Shown: in pieces, positions 18,014-27,000 of the stretch
How positions within the stretch are numbered: position 1 is the first letter of the stretch
Layout: each line of letters opens with the position of its first letter
NCBI GenBank assembly: GCA_039934735.1
Contig: JBDTLP010000009.1
Coordinates: forward strand, 3,522 to 67,521
Reading direction: 5' to 3'
DNA length: 64,000 nucleotides
Source: Ferruginibacter sp.
Lineage (GTDB): Bacteria > Bacteroidota > Bacteroidia > Chitinophagales > Chitinophagaceae
Notes under the pieces: generated by a model
Told to the model about the DNA's origin: nothing
What the model saw: only the letters and a program-made list of their open reading frames with translations
Database searches by the model: none
Position numbers and translations under genes: made by a program

Positions 18014-18315
18014 TCACGTTGATATTTTAAGGTACGTTTGTTAATGAGCAGTCCCACAAGTTCTCAACCTGGCTATAAAAATTCATAGGGAAAAGATGTT
18101 GCAGGTTTATCAACTTGGGTAAATTTGAATATAGCAAAAGCATGTATCTGATACCAGATCGTTTTTATCAACTCCACTTAATCGCCAGCCCAAATACAGT
18201 TTATACGATTGATTTTAAAAGCGTTTATGCCCAAACGCTTTAAATGAGCTGTTACACTTTGTAGTTCCAATAAAAATCGGTTACTTTATTTCTTACCAGC
18301 ACGACGATCATAAAT

Positions 18316-20220
18316 ATGTCGAAAAAGAAAAAATTAACTGCTAAAGCCGAAATAGAAGTAAAGCCAGCTGAAATGCTGAAGGAGATCCCTCAACTGTTTC
18401 CGCCATGGAGTTTTAAATTGATGGCCATTATTGTTTTTGTATTTGCAGTTGGTTTGTATGCCAATACAATCACTCATGAATATGCATTGGATGACGGCAT
18501 CGTTATCACTGAGAATGATTTTACTAAAAAAGGATTCTCAGGCATTGCAGATATTTTATCGCATGAATCGTTTGCAAATGTGGCTACTTCAAAAGATGAA
18601 CTTTCGGGTGGCCGTTACCGTCCGCTCTCTGTAGTTACTTTCGCAATGGAATATGGGATTTTTGGGGCAAGGCCCTCTGTGAGTCATTTAGGAAATGTTT
18701 TGCTCTATGGTTTATTATGCGTGTTGCTTTTTTATTTTTTAAAACAGGCCGTATTTAAAAATAATACAGCAGCCGCATTCATCGCTACATTGATATTTGC
18801 TGCACACCCGCTTCATACCGATGTTGTTTCAAACATCAAAGGTCGTGATGAATTATTATCACTCCTGTTGCTGCTAGTGTGTTTGATATTTTACCAGTCA
18901 TATACTGAAAGAAAGAAATTTAGTTTACTTTTTGTTTCGTTGGCCGCTTACTTTTTTTCATTGTTGGCGAAAGAGAATGGGATCACTTTTATTGCAGTGA
19001 TTCCGCTTATTCTTTATTTCTTCAACAATAAAAAATTAAAGGAATCTATCTCAGCAGCTTTTCCTTTTATTTTTGTTTTTGCATTCTATTTATTGATAAG
19101 GTTGAAAATTACGGGCCTTCCTTCAGGTGTTACAAAAGAAGTAATGAATGCACCCTTCGTTCTTGCTACCGGCGACCAGGCATTCGCAACTAAAATTATG
19201 ATCCTTGGAAAATATCTTGTAATGCTTGTCTTTCCTCAAACACTTTCTTATGATTATTCTTACAATCAAATTCCTTATGTTCATTTAACAGACTGGAAAT
19301 GTCTTTTATCAATACTCTTTAACGGAGGACTTGCTTTTTTTGCAATAATACTTTTCAAAAGAAGGCATATGATCTCTTTTGCTATCCTGTTTTATTTCAT
19401 CACCATTTCGATTGTTTCAAATTTCGTGTTTGATGTGGGCTCGCCATTTAATGAACGGTTTCTTTTTCAACCTTCTATTGGTTTCGCCATTGCAATAGCA
19501 TTTTTAATAAATTTTATTGGAACTATAAAACAAGAAAATGTTGTTTTTAAAAGCATCGCTCTTGTATTCTTTTTATCAGTCATCATTGCTGGCGGAATAA
19601 GAACAATTTTGCGAAATCCTGATTGGAAAAATAATGAGACATTATTTTCTGCAGATGCAGTTCATTCGCCCAACAGTGCAAAAACACAGACTTACCAGGG
19701 AGTGGCTTTATTAAACAAAGGGAGTGCAGAAAAGGATTCGATCCAAAAGAATAAATATTTTGACAGGGCTATTCCTTATTTTAAAAAAGCCTTGAAGATA
19801 TATCCAGCCTTCGCAGATCCTAATATTGATCTCGGTAATATTTATGCCCAACAGGGAAAACTGGATAGTGCAAAAGAAAGCCTGCTGGAAGCGAAAGCGA
19901 TCTACTCAGATATTCCTGCTTTAAATACTAATTTACTTTATCTCTCACAACAGTATGATAAGAAAGCGACTGAATATTTTGCACAGAACAATGTTTCCGA
20001 AGCCATTAAATATGTCAATGCATCATTGGAATGTAATCCCAATAATGTGAGTGGCCTGTACAATCTTGGTGGTTATTACCTGAATTTACACGACGTTGAA
20101 AAAGCGAAGGAGGCATGGACGAGGGCACTTCAGTTAGACCCTGGAAATGCCAATGTAAAATATTGGCTGAATAGAATTTCTCTGCCTCAACAAAATGGGC
20201 CAATTGCACCAAATAAATAA
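18316..20220 (+). CDS. TMTC/PMT-like GT-C family membrane glycosyltransferase with C-terminal TPR repeats
   Basis: 634 aa with many TM helices followed by TPR repeats. The DDGIVITEN and YRPLSVVTFAMEY motifs are typical of DUF1736/TMTC-type GT-C enzymes. Confidence 0.75.
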   Translation: MSKKKKLTAKAEIEVKPAEMLKEIPQLFPPWSFKLMAIIVFVFAVGLYANTITHEYALDDGIVITENDFTKKGFSGIADILSHESFANVATSKDELSGGRYRPLSVVTFAMEYGIFGARPSVSHLGNVLLYGLLCVLLFYFLKQAVFKNNTAAAFIATLIFAAHPLHTDVVSNIKGRDELLSLLLLLVCLIFYQSYTERKKFSLLFVSLAAYFFSLLAKENGITFIAVIPLILYFFNNKKLKESISAAFPFIFVFAFYLLIRLKITGLPSGVTKEVMNAPFVLATGDQAFATKIMILGKYLVMLVFPQTLSYDYSYNQIPYVHLTDWKCLLSILFNGGLAFFAIILFKRRHMISFAILFYFITISIVSNFVFDVGSPFNERFLFQPSIGFAIAIAFLINFIGTIKQENVVFKSIALVFFLSVIIAGGIRTILRNPDWKNNETLFSADAVHSPNSAKTQTYQGVALLNKGSAEKDSIQKNKYFDRAIPYFKKALKIYPAFADPNIDLGNIYAQQGKLDSAKESLLEAKAIYSDIPALNTNLLYLSQQYDKKATEYFAQNNVSEAIKYVNASLECNPNNVSGLYNLGGYYLNLHDVEKAKEAWTRALQLDPGNANVKYWLNRISLPQQNGPIAPNK

Positions 20221-20287
20221 TGCTGCTATTTTCAAACAATATCAATCGTTTAGTGATTGGTAAAGTTTGTATAATTGAATCTTTTTA

Positions 20288-20389
20288 TTTAGAAGGTTTA
20301 GGAGTTTAGAAGATCATTATAAAACTGTCGACTATAAAAAATAATTATCTGCTTGTTGGTTATTTTCTAAACTTATAAACTTCTAAACC
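20288..20389. repeat. Short-period-repeat hairpin (arms tttagaaggtttaggagtttagaag / ttctaaacttataaacttctaaacc)
   Basis: Imperfect inverted repeat between the GT-C and GT2 genes. The arms are built from an ~8-nt GTTTAGAA-type period. Confidence 0.65.
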
Positions 20390-20447
20390 ATGAAGTTTGC
20401 GCTAGAAAGTGCTTACTAATTACTAAAAGCTTAATATCTTTAAATGC

Positions 20448-21197
20448 ATGTTCCAGAATAAAAAGATCGTAGTTGTTCTTCCGGCTTATAATGCAGCACT
20501 TACACTTGAACGTACGTATGCAGAAATTCCGCATGATATCGTAGATGAAGTTGTACTAGTAGATGATGCCAGCAGTGACCAGACATTGGAGATAGCCAGT
20601 CGGCTTGGTATCAAACATCTTATTCGCCACGAAAAAAATAAAGGCTATGGCGGCAATCAAAAAACATGTTACAACAAAGCCATTGAGTTGGGCGCTGATA
20701 TTGTTATCATGCTACATCCCGATTACCAGTACACGCCCAAACTGATTCCTGCTATGGCCACGTTGATCAGTAGCGGCTTATATCCCGTGGTACTCGGCTC
20801 CCGCATTCTTGGTAAGGGAGCATTAAGAGGTGGAATGCCTTTTCATAAATTTATTTCAAACAGGATACTCACCTTCATTGAAAATATTCTGTTGAACGAA
20901 AAGCTTTCTGAATATCATACAGGCTACCGGGCTTATTCAAGAGAAGTACTTGAAACGATCAACTATCCCGCTAACTCTGATAATTTTGTTTTTGATAACC
21001 AGGTGCTTTCGCAAATTGTTTACCACCGGTTTCCCATAGCCGAAATTACCTGCCCCACAAAATATTTTGAAGAAGCTTCTTCAATAAATTTATCCAACAG
21101 TATTACTTATGGAATGGGCGTATTGAAAGTGAGTATACTTCACCGGATGCAGCGGTGGGGGATGGTGAATTTGGAAGTGTATAAGAAAAGGTTGTGA
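20448..21197 (+). CDS. Family 2 glycosyltransferase (polyprenyl-phosphate sugar synthase-like)
   Basis: VVLPAYNAA, VDDASSD and HPDYQY motifs in a GT-A fold. 249 aa, of the type related to Dpm1/GtrB. Confidence 0.85.
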   Translation: MFQNKKIVVVLPAYNAALTLERTYAEIPHDIVDEVVLVDDASSDQTLEIASRLGIKHLIRHEKNKGYGGNQKTCYNKAIELGADIVIMLHPDYQYTPKLIPAMATLISSGLYPVVLGSRILGKGALRGGMPFHKFISNRILTFIENILLNEKLSEYHTGYRAYSREVLETINYPANSDNFVFDNQVLSQIVYHRFPIAEITCPTKYFEEASSINLSNSITYGMGVLKVSILHRMQRWGMVNLEVYKKRL

Positions 21198-21266
21198 GTT
21201 ATGAGTTATGAGTTGTGAGTTGTGAGTTGTGAGTTGTGAGTTGTGAGTTGTGAGTTGTGAGTTGTG
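21191..21266. repeat. (GAGTTGT)n heptamer array, ~11 units, beginning in the GT2 stop codon
   Basis: gttgtgagttatgagttatgagttgtgag...; the GT2 stop TGA (21195-21197) is the first TGA of the array. Confidence 0.9.
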
Positions 21267-21349
21267 TTTAAAATAACAGGAAAGTTAGGTTATTTCCTCA
21301 TGTTTTTTTTGAAGGGCTTTATTAGTTTTGGGTAACAAAATTTATAAAG

Positions 21350-21715
21350 ATGGGTGACTCTAATAGTGTTATAGAAAAGAAATCATACTTTTTTGCTTTG
21401 CAGATAATTAAGTTATACAAATATCTTAGCACTGAGAAAAAAGATTATACATTATCAAAACAAATCTTACGGGCAGGTACATCTATTGGCGCTAACATTG
21501 TAGAGGCATTATCTGCTGAATCGAAACGTGATTTTGTACATAAATTAGGAATAGCTCAAAAAGAGATTAAAGAGACATCTTACTGGTTGAATTTATTATT
21601 GGATAGTGAATATATTTCAAAAGAAAGGTTCACTGAATTAATAAAACTTTGTGATGAACTGTATAGAATTTTAACGGCTATCATACTTACAACAAAACAG
21701 CGATACCTTAAATGA
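21350..21715 (+). CDS. Four-helix-bundle protein (TIGR02436 / 23S rRNA intervening-sequence protein family)
   Basis: 121 aa. KSYFFALQIIKLYKYL...ILRAGTSIGANIVEA...DFVHKLGIAQKEIKETSYWL is characteristic of the family. Confidence 0.85.
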   Translation: MGDSNSVIEKKSYFFALQIIKLYKYLSTEKKDYTLSKQILRAGTSIGANIVEALSAESKRDFVHKLGIAQKEIKETSYWLNLLLDSEYISKERFTELIKLCDELYRILTAIILTTKQRYLK

Positions 21716-21732
21716 GTTGTGAGTTGTGAGTT
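21713..21732. repeat. Second short (GAGTTGT)n block, beginning in the stop codon of the four-helix-bundle gene
   Basis: tgagttgtgagttgtgagtt is a direct repeat of the array at 21191-21266. Confidence 0.85.
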
Positions 21733-21781
21733 TGTCCTTTCAGCATAAAAAAATCTTCCATGCTATGATCATTATAGCTCT

Positions 21782-21980
21782 ATCAATTATAAAAAATACC
21801 GCAGCCTATCTTGGTTGAAAAAATCTTCTCTTGTAATAAACATACTCTCAACTCACCATTCACCACTCAATTAAGTCCTAATCAATTATCAAAAAAACAC
21901 CACAGCCTTTCCAATTTGAAAAAATCTTTTCTTGTAATAAACACACTCACAATTCACCACTCACAATTCACCACTCAATT
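21782..21980. repeat. Two tandem ~95-bp units, each ending in a C-rich arm complementary to (GAGTTGT)n
   Basis: Unit 1 (21782-21872) and unit 2 (21881-21980) both begin atcaattat..aaaaaatctt(c/t)t..cttgtaataaaca. They end ctcaactcaccattcaccactcaatt and cactcacaattcaccactcacaattcaccactcaatt respectively. Unit 2 overlaps the stop of the cyclase gene. Confidence 0.8.
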
Positions 21981-23957
21981 CAATTCCTTGTCCACAAAAT
22001 ACATATCAATCTCCCCAATATTTTTCGCAAATATTTTACCACGATGGGTGCAGGCGTATTGGTGTTTTATCAATTCATAAGTAGCTTCTGAAATATTTAC
22101 ACGGCCTGCTTCGCCATTGCTTTCCATACGGCTGGCAACATTTACAGTGCCTCCCCAGATATCATAAGCGTATTTCTTTTTGCCCACCACACCCGCTACA
22201 AGAGGCCCTGTATTTACGCCTATTCGTATATCCCATGGCGGTAGGTTCTCTGAAACTCTTTTTTCATTTCTATCTTTAATGAATTCCTGTATTTCCAGGC
22301 TTGCTTTTATAATATTGATAATATGAGAATCATCAATTCTTGGTATCCCGCCTGCACACATGTATGAATCACCGATGGTCTTTATTTTTTCAAGATTGTA
22401 TTTTTCAATGATATCATCAAAAGCAACAAAACATTCATTCAGTTCGGTAACTACTTCCTGGGGAGAAAGTTCATCTGCCAGTTTTGAGAAGCTTTTTATA
22501 TCGGTAAATAGAACCGAAGCTCTTTCATAATACCTTGCTGTAGCAACACCATGTTTTTGAAGTTCCTGTGCTACATCAGCAGGAAGAATATTTAATAAAA
22601 GTGTTTCAATTTCTGTTTTTTGTTCGTCAAGTATTTTATTTGTTTTTAGTTTGTTGCGGTAGTTCCTGTAAATAATAACAGCAATGATCATAGCTAGTGT
22701 AAGTCCCCCGATCAACGCATTTCTAGTAAGCTTTTGTCTTTTGATATTAACTTCCTGTAGTGCTTTGTCTTTCGTTAAAAGGTTGATCTCCCCCTGTTTT
22801 TTTTCAATATCAAATTCGAATTGAAGCTTGTCTAATTTTTTATCAGAGCCATTGCTATATAAGCTGTCTTTGATACTAGATAGTAATTGTTCATATCTAT
22901 ATGCATTCACAAAATCTTTCTGGTCCGCGTATGTTTTTGCAAGACCAACATAAACATCTTTAATTAAACTTTTGGCACCAATGTCAACACCAAGTGACTC
23001 TGCATCGGTGTAAAATTGAAGCGCATTCTTTTTATCTCCCTGTTGATAATAAGTATCTCCCAATTCTTTCAATGATTTTGTCATATCAAGTCTGGCATCA
23101 AGAGTTTTAGCACTATTGTATGCATCATGCAGGTACTGCAGTGCCAGCTCATACTCATTTTTTTTGGCGTATAATTTCCCGAGATTCATCAATGCATACG
23201 GATAACTATCTGATCCCTCGTATGCTTTGCGGGATTTGCGGAAATTAATAAGGGCTGAATCAAGGGCAGAGGCTGAATCAATAGATGACTTAGCTTTCAA
23301 CATATACATTTCTCCAAGGTTGGCGGTACTTGTACCAATGAGATAATCATCTTTTATTTCTTCTGCAAGCGGCAGAGCCATCAGATAATATTTTACCGCT
23401 TTATCGATGTTCTCATTGGTTGGGATAATGACAGCCTTATTTGAATAAACAGAACCAATATTCAACAGGGCTGTAGCAGTTCTTAACTTATCACCAATTT
23501 CTTCCGATAGTTTGAGTGATCTCAGGTAATAATCAAGGGCCTTGTTGTCATCAGATATATCAAAATAAACAGAGCCTATATTACTGAGAATATTGCTTGA
23601 CCCTTTTTTATCACCAAGGGAATCAAATACGGCGAGGGACTGATTGTAATTTTCTAAGGAAAGCGGGTAATTGCTCTGCATATAATTAGCGATACCAATG
23701 TTCTTAAATGCATATGCAAGCCCTGGTTTAAAATCTATCTTTTCGGAAAGGTTCCTGGCCTGTGTTGCATATTTGATTGATTCATTTGGAGCAGAACTAA
23801 AAAAACGCTTACTGATGCTTAATAATGTATTTACCTTAAAACTATCTTCTTTCCCGGATGCAACGAGTTTTTTCATACTGTCTAACTGAGCATCCTGCGA
23901 CCAACAAAATAAAGGAATAAAATAAATGAAGAAAAGGTAAGTTATTTTGGCGGTCAT
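21975..23957 (-). CDS. TPR-repeat sensor adenylate/guanylate cyclase (class III)
   Basis: 660 aa: signal peptide, ~8 TPR repeats, one TM helix, then the catalytic domain (ASVLFTDIKSFS...IKTIGDSYMCAGG...WGGTVNVASRMES). Confidence 0.85.
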   Translation of the reverse strand: MTAKITYLFFIYFIPLFCWSQDAQLDSMKKLVASGKEDSFKVNTLLSISKRFFSSAPNESIKYATQARNLSEKIDFKPGLAYAFKNIGIANYMQSNYPLSLENYNQSLAVFDSLGDKKGSSNILSNIGSVYFDISDDNKALDYYLRSLKLSEEIGDKLRTATALLNIGSVYSNKAVIIPTNENIDKAVKYYLMALPLAEEIKDDYLIGTSTANLGEMYMLKAKSSIDSASALDSALINFRKSRKAYEGSDSYPYALMNLGKLYAKKNEYELALQYLHDAYNSAKTLDARLDMTKSLKELGDTYYQQGDKKNALQFYTDAESLGVDIGAKSLIKDVYVGLAKTYADQKDFVNAYRYEQLLSSIKDSLYSNGSDKKLDKLQFEFDIEKKQGEINLLTKDKALQEVNIKRQKLTRNALIGGLTLAMIIAVIIYRNYRNKLKTNKILDEQKTEIETLLLNILPADVAQELQKHGVATARYYERASVLFTDIKSFSKLADELSPQEVVTELNECFVAFDDIIEKYNLEKIKTIGDSYMCAGGIPRIDDSHIINIIKASLEIQEFIKDRNEKRVSENLPPWDIRIGVNTGPLVAGVVGKKKYAYDIWGGTVNVASRMESNGEAGRVNISEATYELIKHQYACTHRGKIFAKNIGEIDMYFVDKELN

Positions 23958-24009
23958 TTTTCTGATTTATGCTATTGGCGACCAAATATACAAAGTTTCA
24001 AAGGTTGAC

Positions 24010-24092
24010 AAGGTTGAAAAGTTGAAAGGGTTGAAAAAGTTAATAAAGGAATAACCTTCTAACTTTTTCAACCCTTTCAACTTTTCAACCTT
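24010..24092. repeat. Perfect 33-bp-stem hairpin built from GGTTGAAA-type repeats
   Basis: aaggttgaaaagttgaaagggttgaaaaagtta (24010-24042) is the exact reverse complement of 24060-24092, with a 17-nt loop. It ends 3 nt from the stop codon of the 1914-aa gene. Confidence 0.9.
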
Positions 24093-24095
24093 TTG

Positions 24096-27000
24096 TTACT
24101 GCTTCAAAATCCTAAACTGTTTATAAGCATTGTCAACCTTTACTTTAATATAATAAACGCCCGAACTTAGTTTTGATAGATCGAGTTCAATACTATTGCC
24201 CGAAAGCGATGTAGCTCTTGAAACGGGCCATGTTCTTCCTGTCATATCAATAACTGCCACGCCCTTCGTAGATACCACGGCACCATTTACAGTTATCCTT
24301 ACTTTATTTGTTACCGGGTTAGGGTAAACGTTAGTATTGCCGGAAAACAGGTCATTAGCTGATGATTGTGTTGCAGCCTTAATATCTTTTTTCCCGATGT
24401 CAGGTGTTGATGATACTCCTCGTGTATAAATATTAGTAGCACAAGATGGCGAAGATGGAGTGGCTGTTACATAAACCGTGGTCTTTGTATTTACACAATA
24501 AGTAGCAACTGTCCATTTTAGGCTCGTACCATTGAAGAATACATCGAAGGTGGTTTTGCCAGGCTGGAATACTACAGGGATTGTACCACTCCACATTCCG
24601 GCTGGGGTGAGATTATTATCTGTTCCAACAGCTACATAAACAGGGGTTGCATTACCGTTAGTCGCTTCAAAATGCGCTACATAAGAATACCCTGATGGAT
24701 GATTGGTGAGCACATCTTTACATCTTAGAGCAAGCGTTATGTTTTTTGCACCCGTTCCTTTCGGATTGATGTATAATTTACCGGGCATATAGCTGATCGT
24801 ATAATAATTCCTGGTTGGGCTTGACAAAACAAGATTAGAAGGAGTGATCGTATATACACCCGCAGCACCAGAACAGGAAGGGCTGATAGTATATGTAGGG
24901 CCGGATGTACATTTAGCCTGGTCATTGTTTACATAACCCGTGATGGTAGATGTATAGGTTGGTAATGAACTTCCTTTGAAAATTACTTTATCGTCAGCCG
25001 TTACAATTAAATTCCTCTTCCCAATCGTTAGTGTTCCATTTGTATTAACGATGTTGTAATTATTGGAAGAGCCTCCGGTTAGTGTGATTGGGTAAGTTCC
25101 AACGCCGGATGTAACGGTAGCCGTAGTCGCAGCAACTGGTTGCGTAATATTTGCAGGCCCGTCGCCATTTACAAACCCGGTATATGTAATCCGGAAAACA
25201 GGATTTGCATTTCCATAGATACAGCTTGTGTCAACAGCTCTTGCCGTTAATGCAGCTTTGCCAACATTAAGTGCACCACTGGTATAATCAATGGTATAGT
25301 TAGCAGGTTGAATTAATGAAGCCGCTGGTACAATAATAAAAGTTCCGGAAGGAATATTTGTATTCGGTATTGTTAAGTTGGAAGCATTTAACAATGAGTA
25401 TGTAAGCGGCCCTGTAAATACATTACTTGCATCATCCTGGAATTTATATCCCGTAACAGTAGATGTGAATGCTGGAAGTGCAGCTCCATAGATCATGTTT
25501 GCATTGCCGGTAGTTACAGTAAGATGAGCAGCTGAGATGGTTAAATTTCCAAGATGATAACTCACATCAAAATTTTCTGAAACGAATGCGGCAGGAACAA
25601 TCTTATGAAGTCCCGATGTCATTCCCGTAATCAAATTAATAGGAATGAAATCAACAAGCGTATCATTGGCAGGTGCATATACATCTGTTGAATCAATGAT
25701 CACTACAAGATCCTGGTTGGTTTCATCATTTACAGTACTTGCATTTACAAACGGTGAATTCAATGCCAATGCTCTTGTGTTTACAACAGCCCCGCCATTT
25801 ACTGCTGCTCTTACATTTACGGCTGCACGTGTGTTCACCGCGGCTCTTACATTTACCAATGTCGTTACTGCAGAATCCTGCTGGTAATTATAAATTGATT
25901 TTGGCGAAAGATCAACCACATAAGTTGTATCAAACACTACTGAATTTACAGCCGCTCTTACATTTACTGCCGCTCTCACATTCACTGCCGCTCTTACACT
26001 AACGAGGAAACTTAGATCAGTAAGATCAGAAGTTTGTAAAGTTCTTCCATCAACAACTGTTTGATCATCTACCAATGCAACTGCGTTGGATACTTTTTGT
26101 GTATGAGCTGTTTTTAAATTAGCAAAGAATGCAGCTTTATCTTCATCGGCAATATTTGCGTCATTATAATCATAATTGAATTGAAGATTAGTAATCTTAT
26201 CACCATATTCTAAAGTTGTATCTCTTGATGTGATGGTTACTGGTAATTTATTTATTGTTAGTAATCCATTTACAAAAGTATAATCGTACAATTCTGGTAA
26301 CCCGGCATCAAAAGGATCATTCATATCAAGCACACGCATGGCAGGTTTAATTGCATAGATACCTGTATTGCTGAAATTGGTTGCTGTAGTTGTAAAACTG
26401 ATCGGGTCGAGGCCAAGTTGCAGTAATGAAAATCCGGAGTTTTCCAAAGGTACATTATCAACAGTAACGGTTGCGGTTAACGCAGGAATTTTTTCTCCAT
26501 ATTTTTTTACTTTGTTCTCAGCTGTAATTACAACGTGTTTTTTAACTGGTGTAAAGAAATATAAAGAATTTGAAAGTCCGCCATCTGTACCATTTACGGA
26601 TACCGGAGCTGTATATACCTGTATAGCAGGATTACCGGTGAATGCAGGAATGGTTGCAGAAAGGGTAGTTGCATTAACAACAGTTGTTGGTAATGGATTG
26701 CCCCTGAAATTAATTACCGATTGTCCATCAAGATAATTTCCCTGTACAGTTAAAACTACGGGTGCAGGTCCAGGCGTTGTAGGAGGAACCAGTAACTGCA
26801 GATCATTGATCACAGGTGTTGGTGTTGCAAACGTACGCATCGCTGTATTTGCCTGGATAAAACCATAGCCTGTATTGAAATCAAAACCAGTAGCATCCAT
26901 ATCAAGTGCTGTAGTTTCCATCAATGTTCTTAATGCGGCAGGAGTAATGGTTTGGTTTGCAAATTTTCTTTTTCCTTCTATCAATAAAGCAGCAACAGCA

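Noticed and set aside
21811-22080. 89-aa plus-strand ORF
   Set aside because: It is generated by the two tandem ~95-bp units and the C-rich hairpin arms. The sequence is low-complexity (HHSQFTTQ..) and it overlaps the cyclase gene end.
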